Source of the DNA: Paraspadella gotoi
Lineage: Eukaryota > Animalia > Chaetognatha
Assembly: GCA_051294375.1 (NCBI GenBank)
Contig: CM119265.1
Span: 220,294 to 284,293 of the forward strand
Length of the DNA: 64,000 bases
Reading direction: 5' to 3'
Shown here: in pieces, positions 34,320-47,433 of the stretch
How the letters are laid out: every line of letters starts with the position of its first letter
Position numbering within the stretch: position 1 is the first letter of the stretch
Made by a program: the position numbers and the translations under genes
The notes under the pieces: model-generated
Database searches by the model: none
The model's input: only the letters and a program-made list of their open reading frames with translations
What the model was told of the DNA's origin: nothing

Positions 34320-37300
34320 TCGATTTAGCGATGGGTTAGACGTTCGAGTTGACGATCGAGTCGTCCGAGACGTTGGCGCCGGGCGTCTGGTGCGAGGACC
34401 GGGACGGCGCCCTGGAGGCGGTGGAGAAGGGGGAGGAGAAGGTTGAGAGTCACGCTCATCGCCGTCTTCGTTTCTCCAGACTGTCGCTGGTTTAATTCGC
34501 GATATGGCGATGTTCTCGACGCCACGCCCTGGGATTTCCACTTTAAAGTTTAAATTATCGCGCGCAACGACGCGATAAGGACCTTGATAAGGCGCTGTGA
34601 GTGGCGGTTTAACTCCTGGGCGCTGAATAAACACGTGGGTGGCGTCGACGAGCGAGTCTGGAAGGTAGACGTTAGGAGCGCGATGAGTTGACGTTTCTGT
34701 AGGTTGTAGACGCTCAACCTCCACGCGGAGGTTGTTCCGAAGGACGCGGCGCTGCTCCTGGAGTTGATCGTCGTCAGGTGGTGGAGGCAACAAATCGCCT
34801 GGGACTGTTAAACCTTCACCAAAGACGAGCTCTGCTGGCGAGGCGCCAATGTCGGGTTTGATAGTTGTCCTTATGGCGAGTAAGGCTGATGGGAGGCGCC
34901 AGAACCACTGGTGAGGCTCCTCCACTCCGAGGGCGATCAGCGCCTCTTTGAGGCGGCGATGGAATCGCTCTACGAGCCCGTTTGCCTGCGGATGATATGC
35001 CGCCGTCTGATGGTGGCGTATTCCCCATAATTGAGAGAGTTGGTTCCATGTGGAGGTATTAAATTGCGCGCCACGGTCTGTAGTGATATCTGACGGTATT
35101 CCGTAGGTCGCTACCCATCCGTGGGCGAAGGTGTCCACTACCGTGGTGGAGGACATGTCCTTCATCGGCAAAGCAGTCGGCCATCTAGTGAAGCGGTCCA
35201 CTATGGTTAGTAAAAAGCCATAGTCGTTTGATTTGGGCATCACTGTGATGTCGAGGTTGATGTGCTGAAACCTCTTAGCTGGAACTTCGAAGTCTCCAAT
35301 GTTCGGTGTCACGTGACGTGTCACCTTTGCTTGCTGACAGGGAACACACTCTCGCGCCCAGCGTGTCGTGTCGGCGCGTAATGATGGCCAGACGAATTTA
35401 GAGGATATTGTCTCTCTAGTTCGTGCGACGCCTGGATGGCCCAGGCCATGGACAGCGTCAAAGATCCGTCGACGCCACGATTCGGGGACGAAGGGTCTAG
35501 CTGGACCGTTAGAGACGTCGACGATAAGATTTTGAGAGCCGAGTTTGATCTTTCTGAAGCTTAGGCCTGTGCGAGCGTCGTGGGCGAGGCGTTGGTAGTC
35601 TCGATCCAGTGCCTGGTGACGAGCCATTTCTTCCAGATCTANNNNNNNNNNNNNNNNNNNNNNNNNNNNNNNNNNNNNNNNNNNNNNNNNNNNNNNNNNN
35701 NNNNNNNNNNNNNNNNNNNNNNNNNNNNNNNNNNNNNNNNNNNNNNNNNNNNNNNNNNNNNNNNNNNNNNNNNNNNNNNNNNNNNNNNNNNNNNNNNNNN
35801 NNNNNNNNNNNNNNNNNNNNNNNNNNNNNNNNNNNNNNNNNNNNNNNNNNNNNNNNNNNNNNNNNNNNNNNNNNNNNNNNNNNNNNNNNNNNNNNNNNNN
35901 NNNNNNNNNNNNNNNNNNNNNNNNNNNNNNNNNNNNNNNNNNNNNNNNNNNNNNNNNNNNNNNNNNNNNNNNNNNNNNNNNNNNNNNNNNNNNNNNNNNN
36001 NNNNNNNNNNNNNNNNNNNNNNNNNNNNNNNAGAAGAGAGAAATTGGAGCGCATGAATTAACGACTGATGATCCGTGTAGAGGTAAACGTGCGCCCCTCT
36101 AACCAGTGAGCGGAAGTCGACGTACGGCTCTAAACGCGCCGTAACAACTCGCGATCAAACGGAGGCCAACGGCGTTGGGCCTCGTCGAGTTTGGCCGAAA
36201 AAAAATGCGAGTGGCTCCCACCCGCTGCTGCTCCGCTGCTCGAGCACTGCTCTACAGCAAAATCTGAAGCGTCTGTGGTCAAAGAGAGCTGGGCGTTTGT
36301 TCGAGGATGTCGAAGTAACGCGGCGTTGGCCAGCGCCTCCTTGACGGCGTCGAAGGCGATTGCGCAGTTCGGAGTCCAAGACGAGTTGCTTTGGTTTACG
36401 GAAGGCGTCGTAAAGGGCTGCGGCGTGGTGAGCGGCCTTGGGGAGAAAACGACGGTAATAATTAACCATCCCCAAGAACCGCTGCAGCTCCTTCACAGTC
36501 GTCGGAGGGTTTGTGGCGCGGATCGCGTCGACCTTTTGGGGCAGAGGCTTGACGCCAGAGGCGTCGACGAGATACCCCAAGAATTCGAGTGACTTCTTCC
36601 AAGGACACACTTCTTTCGATTGACGACGAGTCCGTTGTCTGAGAGGGCCTTGAAGACCATCTCGAGGTCGTGGACGTGTTGTTCCTCGTCTTCACTAGCG
36701 ACGAGGATATCGTCGAGGTACACATAAGGAATGTCGCCAAGTATCTCATCCATCATCCTTTGGGAAATCCTGTCCGGCGTTTTTTAAGGCCGAACGGTGT
36801 CCGCAGGAAGACGAAGAGGCCGAAAGGTGTTATTACGGCTGTCTTGGCGACGTCCTCGTCCGCTACAGGGATCTGGTGGTATCCCTTTAAGAGATCCACC
36901 TTGGAGAAAACTTTCTTTCCGGCGAGTTCCGCATTAAAGTCAGCGAGAAGTTTGACCGGATACTTGTCGTCTCGCGTTTTGGAGTTGAGGCGACGGAAAT
37001 CTCCACATACTCGCCATCCTCCATCAGATTTGGGAACGCAGAGGATCGGCGACGACCACGAGCTCTTTGCCCTCTTCGCTATGCCTAGCGCCACCATTTT
37101 CTCCAGCTCTGCTTTCGCTACGGCCAGCTTTTCTGGAGGAAGGCGTCGAGCGCGGGCTTNNNNNNNNNNNNNNNCCGTTGGGATGTGATGACGCACCCCA
37201 TGTTTGGGCTCTTTAAGCTCGAAGCTTGGTTTGGAGAGGGACGGATATTTATCAAGCAATTGATAATAAATATCGTCCTTCTGATCGACGAAATTGACGT

Positions 37301-37700
37301 GAGACGGCGCGGAGCCACGAGTGACGGCGCAAGGGATGGTTGAATAATCCCTCAAGTCGAGGAGCAGTCCATCGCGGTGGTTGGGAGCTAAGAAATATTC
37401 TGCGAGGAAATCGGCTCCGAGAATACTCTGAGTTACGTCGGCAATAAGGACGTCGAATGGAAATATTCGTGGGCCTAGCGTTATCCTCCTATGTATTACT
37501 CCATAACATGCAATGGGGCTGCCGTTTGCCGCCTGGAGTTGAACTCCGGACGGCCCCGCTTCTCTTTGCTCCGGCGTTGGAGGTATGAGCGAGAGCAGAG
37601 CTCCGCCGTCTACCAACCAATGGCGTCCGTCACTGGCGTCGACCACGTGCAAGAGGAAGGAATCGGGTGAATCGGCGTTCGAGCGAGGCACCGCATTCAC
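34320..37700 (-). CDS. pol: Pol, family B copy 2 (gapped and frameshifted in the assembly)
   Basis: WLVDGGA, YLDD, integrase HHCC/DDE motifs across the ORF pieces. Confidence 0.85.
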
Positions 37701-38806
37701 CTGCGTTGCCCCGCTACTGCGTTTCCCGACTTGGCGTCTTTCTTGTCCTTTAAGTCGCCTCTACGAGCGCATCCTCTTTCACATTTGTAAGCAGAATCGC
37801 CAAACTTTAAGTGATAACGACAGATTTGCTTTAACTTGGAGTTTTGAGGTCGAGAGCTACTTGACGAGCTGTTTGGCGGCGCCGTCCTCCAGTTGCCGTT
37901 TGACGGGCGGCTGCGGTCGCGGTCGCGGTCGCGGCGCTGAGCTCCGACGGCGTTGACTTCTATCTCGGTGTCGCTGTCGCTGTCTGGCTCGTCGACGAGA
38001 TGATTGAGTGTAGCGGCGTTTATAGTTGACGNNNNNNNNNNNNNNNNNNNNNNNNCTTCAGCGTCGAAGTATTTATCGGCCTCGTCGGCCAATTCCGATG
38101 CCGACATGGCGTCGATCTTCCCCTCCAATGAGCGCCGGATTTCTATTGGTAAGCCTCTAACGATTGTCTCTTTTTTCAAATCGTCGATCGACACTGCTCT
38201 GATTTTTTCCTCGAGGCGGGCGAGGTGCTGCGAAGGACGAAGGCCATCGCGGCTAAAGCCGTCGAGTAATATAGCAGCTTGCTGACGAGGAGTGGTGCCA
38301 TACTCTTTTTTGAGATATTCGACGAATTGGTTCCAGCGCGCTTNNNNNNNNNNGCCATAGAGGAAGGCGTTAATGCGTGGATTAGTGTTGACGTCGATCT
38401 TAGATTCGAGGTAGGCGAACTTCTCCTTCGCCTCGCGGATGTTCGCTCTAATATAGGCGGCTTCGACTCGACGAAGCCAGATCTCAATATTTTTGGGATC
38501 GAAGTTGGGCAGGTCCGGCTTTTTCTTCTTCTCTAGCGCTGCTAGAGCCGTCGCGAGAGCTGAGCGTAGAGCCTCCGTCTCTCCTGCANNNNNNNNNNAC
38601 GCCATCTCGCCGTTAGCGTCGCTGAAAACTTCTGTTCCAGGCGAAGACGGCGGGAAATCGAAAGTGGGCGTCGCTAGGTTGCCGACGACGTTGTTGGGAG
38701 AGTTCTCGCGAGAAGGTCTGCCTCGACCAAATGCTGTTGAAGGGACGCTGAGGTTCGACTGGAGACGTAGTCGAGATGCCTGGCGGGTCTCTCGAGCGTC
38801 GCTCAT
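37697..38806 (-). CDS. gag: Gag (369 aa), family B
   Basis: CRYHLKFGDSAYKCERGC CHCC knuckle. Confidence 0.9.
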   Translation of the reverse strand: MSDARETRQASRLRLQSNLSVPSTAFGRGRPSRENSPNNVVGNLATPTFDFPPSSPGTEVFSDANGEMAXXXXAGETEALRSALATALAALEKKKKPDLPNFDPKNIEIWLRRVEAAYIRANIREAKEKFAYLESKIDVNTNPRINAFLYGXXXXARWNQFVEYLKKEYGTTPRQQAAILLDGFSRDGLRPSQHLARLEEKIRAVSIDDLKKETIVRGLPIEIRRSLEGKIDAMSASELADEADKYFDAEXXXXXXXXXSTINAATLNHLVDEPDSDSDTEIEVNAVGAQRRDRDRDRSRPSNGNWRTAPPNSSSSSSRPQNSKLKQICRYHLKFGDSAYKCERGCARRGDLKDKKDAKSGNAVAGQRR

Positions 38807-39323
38807 GGATGAATTAGGATATGGGCTTGTTCAGAAGGTTGGAAANNNNNNNNNNNNNNNNNNNNNNNNNNNNNNNNNNNNNNNNNNNNNNNNNNNNNNN
38901 NNNNNNNNNNNNNNNNNNNNNNNNNNNNNNNNNNNNNNNNNNNNNCTTTTAAGCGTTTGTAACTAAAATAGAAATTCGAATTGTAGATAACAGAGTAACA
39001 CTATGTGTTAAAACGGATTAAAATCTTGCTTCGATAAAAATCGAATTGTTTGAGTGTAGATTTTTAACGATGTAAATAGTAACTTTGGAAATTGTAACGA
39101 GTGGAGATGATAAGTTTCGAAATGACTTGTATCAATGATTGATACTAAGTTAGATGATAAACAGAAAATAACGATTTGAATTACTGTTGATTTGCTGATG
39201 ATGATAATAATTGAATCGAGATAATCGAAATAACGATTGAGATAATCGTTAATAAGTAAAGTTTTGAAAATACAGTTTTTTGAAAGGGGTGAATTAGATG
39301 ATGTGTAAACATGACTGACCCGT

Positions 39324-39714
39324 TCAAGTTTTTGGCGATGGATTTTCTTCGTTTCCAATTTGTTGAAGTACATGAGCTAGTACCGCTGCGTATGAGCGTC
39401 GAGTCGAGTTGACGCTCGGTGATGGGCGTGGCACCGCTCGATAGGAGAAATTCCCGGGGGTTGGCCTCGAGAATAGCGAAGGGAAGGCTTGTGGAGTCGA
39501 TGGGGAATCGTTCGAGGCGTCGTTGGGCTTAGAATTTGCCTCGTTGCGCTCGTTCGCTTCGTTGTTGTTGTTATTTTCCGGATTGTTTATTTCTTTGTTT
39601 ACATTTGAACTCGGTTTGTTTATTTTCATATTTAGAGGGGGAAATTCGAGGGGAGAAAGAATATTAGGGGTCGGGGGTGGTGGGGGAGAGGTAGGGGAGT
39701 GATGAGGAGGGGGT

Positions 39715-39745
<31 letters not shown>

Positions 39746-42700
39746 GAGGAGGAGGAGAGTGATTCGACGAAGGAATAATCGGATTTGTTGACGAATTTGA
39801 GCGGAGAATTCGAGTCGAAGGGGGAGGGAATCGATTTCGAATGCCGGGACGCCGGCCTGGAGGTGGAGGCGAAGGAGGAGGCGAAGGAGTTCGTGGAGGA
39901 TCTGCGTCTCCTGAGGCGTCATCCGCCTCGTAGGCGGGTTTGAGGCGAGAAATCGAAACGTTTTCATTACCTCGGCCTGGGATTGCGATTTTGAAAGTCA
40001 GTTCGTCGCGAGATATTACGCGATATGGGCCGAGGTAGGGCGCTGCGAGTGACGTGGACACGCCTCCGCGTCGGACGAATACGTGGGAGGCGTGGCGAAG
40101 AGTACTTGGGATGTGAATCTGAGGCTGGCGATGCGTCGTCGTTGGCGCTGGCTGGAGGCGCGCGACCTCGAGGCGTAGGTTAGCGAGCGTTCTTCGACGC
40201 TGATCGCGCTCGCTTGCGTCACTTCCGGTTTGAGTGGGAAGGAGGTCTCCGGGGACTGCTATGGCCTCCCCGTAGACTAACTCAGCTGGGGATGCGCCCA
40301 CGTCGGGTTTTAGCGTTGTGCGGATGGCCAGCAGTGTGCAGGGGAGTCGCCAGTACCAATCGCCGCGCGTATCAGAACCGAGGGCAATTAGTGATTCCTT
40401 GAGTCGGCGGTGAAACCTCTCGACAAGCCCATTCGACTGAGGGTGATAGGCTGTCGTGAGGTTATGCGTTATTCCCCATGACGCGAGTAATTGTTTCCAT
40501 GTTGACGATAGGAACTGTGCCCCTCGATCTGTCGTTACAGTTGCCGGGACGCCGAACGAGGCAATCCAGCCATGGACGAAGGCGTCGGCGACAGTTTTGG
40601 CGGCGATGTCCTTGATGGGGATGGCGATGGGCCATCGGGTAAATCTATCGACTGCTGTGAAAACGTAGTTATATCCGTTTGACGGGGGAAGTGTTACTAG
40701 GTCGACATGGAGGTGGTTGAAACGCCGGTCGGGCAGCTCGAACGTGCCGATCTCGGGGATCGTATGACGAGTGACTTTGGCCCGTTGGCAGTTTTGACAT
40801 TCTCGCGCCCATCGAGAGACGTCGGATCGCATCGACGGCCAAACGAATTTTTCGGCCACCGATTGTCGAGTTCTTTCTACTCCCGGATGGCCGAGGTTAT
40901 GGATGGTCTCGAAGACTTGTCGACGCCACGAGAAGGGGACGAAGGGGCGCGGAGGGCCGTTGCTGATGTCGACAGTGATTGAGGTAGCTCCAATTGGAAT
41001 TTTGCGGAAGCGGAGTCCCGACGCGGAGTCGCCGGTGATGCGTTGGTATTCTGCGTCGAGAGGCTGGTCGACGGCCATCTTTTCTAAATCGATTCCATGT
41101 TGAAGGATTGAAAAGGCGAGTTGATCGAAGGATTGATGTTTTTCCGGAGGTAAATCCTTGTCGATTGAAGCTATTATTGGGGGAGAGGAAGATTTAGGGG
41201 GGGAGAAAGGGGGAAAAAGAGGTTGGGGAGTGGGGGAAGGGGGAGGGGGGAGGGGAATAGAGGAAGAATTAGAATCGTTCACTTTTTCGGCGTTTGGGCG
41301 AGAGAGGGAGTCGGCGACGACATTGGCCTTGCCGGCGAGGTATTTTATGTCGGTCGTATACTCCGCTATTCCCGCTAACTGATAAGTCTGTCGTGCGGTG
41401 TGAGGCTCCGTTTTTTTAGCGAGCGCAGGGACTAGAGACTTATGATCGGTGAACAAAGTGAAATTTCTTCCTTCTATCATGGGTCGAAAGTGTCGAACGG
41501 CTCGCCAAGCGGCGAGCAACTCTCGATCAAAAGGAGGCCACATTTGCTGATGTTTCTGTAGCTTTGCCGAAAAAAAAGCTAATGGTTCCCATCCTTTGGG
41601 ACCGCGTTGCTCGAGTACTGCGCCAATCGCCGTATTTGACGCGTCAGAGGTCACGGCGAGTGTGGCGTTAGGACGAGGGTGTCCGAGCATGGCGGCCTGG
41701 GATAATGCTTTTTTGATGGTCTCGAAGGCGTTCTGGCAGTCTGTGGTCCAGTTGAGGACGCGAGGCCTTGATTTCGATTTCAAAGCTTCGAATAATGGGT
41801 ATAGATGATGTGCCGACCTGGGGATGAAACGTCGATAGTAATTGACGAGACCTAAGAAACGCTGGAGCTCTTTTATTGTCGTCGGCGGGGTCGTCTCGTT
41901 GATGGCGGCGACTCTGTCGGGGAGTGGAGATATTCCATTGGCGTTAACGCGATATCCAAGGAAATCTAGCTCCGTTTGTCCTAGAACGCATTTCTGACGA
42001 TTCACCACGAGGCCATTTTGATGAAGAGTATCGAATACTTCGCGGAGGTGTGCCTCGTGCTCCTGGTGCGTTTCGGAGGCGACGAGAATATCGTCGATGT
42101 AGACGAAGACGAACGGGAGACCATCGAGAATCTCATCCATTAATCTCTGAAAGTCTTGACCCGCGTTTTTGAGGCCAAATGGCGTTCGCGGGAAAACGTA
42201 GAGACCGAATGGCGTTATGACGCCGGTTTTAGCGACGTCTTCTTCAGCAACTGGTATCTGGTGATATCCTTTAAGGAGATCAATTTTACTGAAGATTCGT
42301 TTGCCACTGAGATTCGCGTTGAAATCGTTCAACGTTTTCACGGGGTATTTGTCGTCGACTGTAGCGTTGTTGAGGCGGCGAAAATCGCCACAAACGCGGT
42401 AACCGCCGTCAGGCTTATTGACGACGAGGAGTGGCGACGCCCATTCGCTTTTGGCTCGACGAGCGATGCCGAGGTCACAGAGTTTGTCAAGCTCCTTTTT
42501 TGCTACTTCTAGCTTGTCCGGGGCTAGTCGGCGTGCCCTCGACTGTACTGGTCGGCCGGTTGTCGGAATGTAGTGCTTGACCCCGTGCTTTGGCTCAGTC
42601 GGTTGAAAGGAGGGAGTACAGAGGTTGTGGTATGTATCAAGCAGCTTATAATACGGGTCGTCAGCTTGATGAACGAAATTTACACGAATTGGTTGTTGCT

Positions 42701-43085
42701 TGTTTGCTTTCGATGCTGTAATGGTGCTAAAGTCAATCAGGTCGATTAAAAAACCATCTCGATGGTTGGGGGCCAGATAGTGTTCGGCCAGAAAATCTGA
42801 GCCGAGGATAGGTTGGGTCACATCTGCGATGGTCACCGTAAAAGGAAAGACACGTTTTCCCAGACGGACCTGGACGTCTCGGTAGCCAAAGCAGGCGATG
42901 GGGGAGCCGTTGGCGGCCTTGAGCTTGGTTGTTGATTCTCCTTTTTCCCGCTCGCTCTTCGTTGGGGGAATTATAGAGACGGTGGCGCCGCCGTCGACGA
43001 GCCAATTGAGCTTGTTGACGGCGTCGTGAACGAAGAGTAGGGAATCCTTAGAGTCGATGATGTGGCCGGTCGGGATGGCGTTCAC
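39324..43085 (-). CDS. pol: Pol polyprotein (1253 aa), family E
   Basis: WLVDGGA, YIDD, RNase H, HNLGH..CQNC, DDE, PYLGPY. Confidence 0.97.
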
Positions 43086-44176
43086 CTCCTCCCGCCGGCC
43101 TTCTCGTTTTCCGATCGTTGTCGGTAGCAGCCTGGCTCACACTTTTTGGCTGAATCGCCATATTTTTTGTGGTAAAAGCAGATGTCGACTCGAGTTGTTT
43201 TCTGCTGCGTTGTCGAGTGATTTGACGGTGCCTTGTCAGGGTTTGCAGGTCGTCGAAAGGTACTAGGAGGTCGACGAGCGAATTGAGTGGGTCGTTGGCG
43301 ATTGATGGCGTTGACATCGTCGCCGAGCGGAGATTCGTCTTGCATGAGCGGAGGAATCGAGTTGTTGACAGCGTAGACTGGCGCTGCTGTGGCCGGATGC
43401 AGCAGTTTGCCGTCGCGATCAAAGTAGGCGTCGGCGAATTGTGCAGCAGTCTCCGCGTCGACCGTTTCGACCCTCTCTGCTAGACTCCGTTGGACTTCAG
43501 CGGGCAATTCTCTCAGTAATAATTCCTTCAAAATATCATCGACGCTCACCTTACCAGCCTTCTCTTTCATGATTGCTAGTAGTTGTGAAGGGCGTCGAGT
43601 CTCGCGTCGAGTGCCGTCTATAAGTGAGGCGGCCTGCTGTGAACGTGTGCGGCCATATTCAGTCCTTAAGTAGGAGAGGAAGGCTACCCAGCGCGCATCT
43701 GTGGCCTCGCCGAAGAGAAACGCGTTAATGCGGGGATTGAAGTCTACAGAGAATTTATCCTCTAAGTGGGCAAACTTTTCCCGTGCTGATGTCGTTCCTG
43801 AGCGAGTATACGCTGCTTCGATGCGTTGGATCCAAAGCTCCACGTTATCCGAATCGAAATCGGGAAGCTTCGGTTTTTTTAGTGACATCCCCTGAAGCGA
43901 CGCCGCGAGGGTGGCCGCCAGCGTGCGGACCAGCTCGGCCTGAGGGTCGGGAGATGGCGCGGCGGCCATCCTGGCGGTGTTTGTCGGCGTTGTTGGGAAT
44001 GTAAAATTCGATTGGGCGGCGTCGGAGGTCGGAGATCGCCGTCCGCGGCCAAAACCGATTCCTTGAACGGCTGGAGGCGCGAGGCGATTGTTTTGATCGA
44101 AAGGTTGAGGAGAGACGTCGCCTGAGCCGCTGGGGAGCGCCGTGCGCGCGCGTGTACTTCCGGCGGGGCCGCTCAT
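43082..44176 (-). CDS. gag: Gag, family E (ATG at 44176; the ORF extends to 44236)
   Basis: LPDFDSDNVELW; CFYHKKYGDSAKKCEPGC knuckle. Confidence 0.9.
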   Translation of the reverse strand: MSGPAGSTRARTALPSGSGDVSPQPFDQNNRLAPPAVQGIGFGRGRRSPTSDAAQSNFTFPTTPTNTARMAAAPSPDPQAELVRTLAATLAASLQGMSLKKPKLPDFDSDNVELWIQRIEAAYTRSGTTSAREKFAHLEDKFSVDFNPRINAFLFGEATDARWVAFLSYLRTEYGRTRSQQAASLIDGTRRETRRPSQLLAIMKEKAGKVSVDDILKELLLRELPAEVQRSLAERVETVDAETAAQFADAYFDRDGKLLHPATAAPVYAVNNSIPPLMQDESPLGDDVNAINRQRPTQFARRPPSTFRRPANPDKAPSNHSTTQQKTTRVDICFYHKKYGDSAKKCEPGCYRQRSENEKAGGRR

Positions 44177-44525
44177 GGAGTTGTGATGCGTTTGGAAGAG
44201 AGAAAGAGAGAGAAAAGAGTGGTGAGAGATAGGCAAGATTTAGCAGCTTCAATTTCTCACGTCTTGCCTACCTGAGGAGGGTTTCTTGTCCGCTGGAGGC
44301 GTCCTCGGGACCCGTTTGTAGTTTTGTTTGGTTTTGTTTTTGTTTTGAAAGCATTCGAGGCTATAGGGTTTTCTTCGAGTCTATATTTGATGAATAATGT
44401 TCTAAGGCTTTTAGAGAGGAATTGAGGCCTATTTTTGATGAATAAAATCCCTTAGGCATTTGAGCAGCATTTGTTGACAGGTTTCAGATAGGTTGGAGGT
44501 TAGTTCATAGTTCGGGCTCACCAGT

Positions 44526-44939
44526 TGTAGATATCGGATACCCTGGCACCGGTAGGAACGAGAAGGATTGATTCTATACGAAAAGTCTCCATAACGATAA
44601 TAAATAATGTCTGCTACTCAGCGGCTGACCATCTTGGTTAGTTATAAGGATGGCGGCCTTTTGGTTAACTATAACAGACAAAAGGCTATCAGGATTGATA
44701 GAGAATAATTATTCCAAGTTTGAGTCGTTTTCCGATAAAAGAGCCTCGTGGCGAAACGGATAAACGGCGGACTGTGGCTCGTAAGTTGCTGGTTCGAACT
44801 CCAGCATGACATGCCATTATAATTTATAATCGATAATTAATATAACGAGGAGACTTGTTAAAGTAAAACTACTTATTAAATCGGTTTTACAATGTACTAA
44901 ATTAATTACTAATTTTGGTGCCAGGTATATTGCTATACT
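44526..44939 (-). repeat. 5' LTR of E (about 415 bp; outer end approximate)
   Basis: CTACA end 2 nt before the PBS; runs into telomeric repeats near 44940. Confidence 0.75.
44741..44815 (+). other. tRNA-like cassette in the family E LTR (Arg/Trp-type body)
   Basis: CGTGGCGAAACGGATAA...GACTGTGGCTC..AAGTTGCTGGTTCGAACTCCAGC: A box, B box, GCTGG/CCAGC T stem. Confidence 0.7.
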
Positions 44940-45231
44940 AACTAACCCTAACACCTAAACCCTAACCTAACCTACCCAACCCTAACCCTAACCCAACCCT
45001 ACCCTAACTCCCTAACCCTACCTAACCTACCCTACGCCTAAACCTAACCCTAACCCTAACCCTAACCACTAAACCCTAACCCTAACCCCTAACCCTAACC
45101 AACTACAACCTAACCCTAACCCTAACCCAACCCCCTAACCCTAACTACCTACCCCTAACTCCTTAAACCTCCCTAACCTAACCCTAGCCCTAACCCTAAC
45201 CCTAACCCACCTACCCTAACCCTAACCCTAA
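44940..45231 (-). repeat. Telomeric (CCCTAA)n tract
   Basis: Direct reading. Confidence 0.93.
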
Positions 45232-46060
45232 CGCCATCCACGTTAACTCCGATCTTTGCCATCTGAGGTTGCGAATTTACTCGTATCCGTGCTGTGACCC
45301 TGAAGTCGAGTGTAAGCCGCTCCATTCTCTTAATCCATATTTCTATGTTAGCTTGTATCGAATCTGGGAGTGCGGGTTCCTGACTTGCAGCAGTTCGATG
45401 GGCGCGATGCGCGGCGGCCAATTGCGCACGTAAATTCTCATTTCATCTGTCGTTCGCGAGGGCGCGTCGATACGAGCGGCGCCGTTTTCGAGCCATTTTC
45501 CGGTGCGTTTGTCGCTTGGAAATCGAAGATGATGGAGGGCGTCAGCGAACATCACGGTAGATGTAGAATCGCGGATCTGTGTCCTCTGCCAAAGCCTATG
45601 GGCAGTTGCAAGCCTGCTCGAGTCGCTACTTCTCGTGCACATGAATCGAAGTTCGTGATCGGCAGGTCTTGTACCGCTCATCAGGGTCGTACGTGCTCCG
45701 ATGACGTTGGTGCATTTGGAACAAAGTAAAGAGGGAAGAAAGCGTGAGCACGACCGGTAGTAAGCTTAAATCTCCCAGTTTATTCACCCGATCTTACCTT
45801 GGAAAAGGTGTTTTTCCGCTGGATTGCCCTTCTGAAAGGTTTGGCTGGTTCGTCGTAGTACTCACATGTGTGGCAAGCTCTGGAGCTCGCTAACAGCGTG
45901 GCGACAAGTGTCGATACACGACAGTGTCACGTGCACTAAGAGAAATGTCGACGGTCATGACCGATGAAAGTAGCGTCGGCAGGGAAAATGTGCACGAGAT
46001 TCCGAATGTTTATTTTGATTCACAAGTTCAAAATCATTCATCGAGTTTTATTGATTTGGG
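45232..46060 (-). pseudogene. Noisy fragment of an A-like element: LTR 3' part, PBS and 5' gag
   Basis: LPDSIQANIEIWIKR gag remnant; PBS-like sequence near 45851-45868; GTGTCACGTG LTR motif near 45924. Confidence 0.7.
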
Positions 46061-47433
46061 AGATTCGATGCCGGGAGCGAGGATATCGTCTAGACTAGAC
46101 GAACCGTATTGCGTATACCTCTCCGAGGATCTCATCCATCGAGTCGGTGAAAGTTCTGTCCAGCATTTGTTAACCGGCGAATGGACAGCGTGTGAAAGAC
46201 GTACAACCAAACGGAGTAATCACTTGCCAGTTTTTTATGACGTCCGTAGGGTTTAACAGGGACTCTGGTGTATCCTTTAACAAGATCCTATTTTGAAAAT
46301 ATCGTTTTATCCCTGCGAGTTGAGGAGTTGAAATCAGTCAAAAGTGTTTCGTATCTGGGATATTTGTCAGATGCTATGATTAACGACTCTCTCCCCGTGC
46401 TTGGGATTACGATAGTCAATTTAGTCCGATTTCTATTTGACTCTATATGGCCCTTCGTAAGGCGGAGAACGAGTGGTGGGTGTACGCCCTGCCTCGACTG
46501 TACAAAGACTATTTAGCCAGTTTCGAGATTACTTGCAACATGAATGCTGGCTGATGATGGGCGGACGTCGCTGTCGGTTGAAGTCGAGCCACTTCGACGC
46601 GTAATCTGGCCAACTGGTTTCTTCGTTGTTGTTGTAGGCCTTTGATTGTTCGATTTGAGGCCGTTCCGATAAACTACCGGGGACGCTGATCCCTTCCCGA
46701 AAACTAAGTCCGCTGCTGATGCTCGCCAAGTCCTCTTTGACGGTGGGTTCGAATGGCGAGCATAGTCATGGGCAGCTTTCCAATACCAGTTCTCCTTCTC
46801 TTCTTTCGCTAAATGCCTTAATGATTCCTTAAGCCTTCTGTGAAATCGTTCGACAAGGCCGTGCCTGAGGATGATACGCTGTTGTTCGGTTGATGCTTTG
46901 ATCCCCCACTGCCTGCGTGAGTTGGCGCCAGAGTGCTGAGTTAAACTGGCGTCCCTCTATCAGTTGTGATAACTGCAGGCGTTCCGAAGGTGACAAATCC
47001 ACTCATGACTGAGTGCATCGAGGACTGTCGATGTTAGAGTGTCTTGATGGGATAGCAGCCGGCCACAGCGTGAAAATCTGTCGACGATGTCAGTAAATGC
47101 TTATAACCATTTGAGCTTGGCATTTTAACGAGGTCAGGTTCACGTGTTGAAATCTCCTGGGTGGGATTTTGAAATCGCCGATTTCTGGAACTATGTGCCT
47201 CGTTACTTTGGCCTTTTGACAGTCTGGGCAGTCTCTTGCCCATTTCGATATATCTTGCTTCATGCTGGTCCAGACAACTTAGCTGATATTGCTTTGCGTG
47301 TCGCCTCTACTCCTGGGTGCCTAAGCCAGCATGACGTCGAAGATCTTTCTGCGCCAGGCTGTAGGGACGAATGGGCGGGCGGGGCCGTTAGAGATGTCCC
47401 TCTAGGAGCTGTTCCTCGCCTACTTGGATTTTT

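Larger units (their letters stand above)
34320..38825 (-). mobile_element. Family B Gypsy element copy 2 (internal part, gapped)
   Basis: gag 37697-38806; pol pieces 36753-37700, 36155-36756 and 34320-35627. Confidence 0.9.
38946..44939 (-). mobile_element. Family E Gypsy element (most divergent), 3' end lost in gap
   Basis: Short LTR about 44526-44939, PBS TGGTGAGCCCGAA at 44511-44523, intact gag and pol. Confidence 0.93.

Noticed and set aside
38946-39373. Extra ORF or env gene in the 3' UTRs, and the many short antisense ORFs
   Set aside because: They are short, AT-rich or shadow ORFs of gag/pol and are not conserved between families.
39690-39760. (GGA)n, (AAC)n and similar microsatellites
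   Set aside because: They encode the poly-Pro and poly-Asn stretches of the integrase tail and are not independent features.
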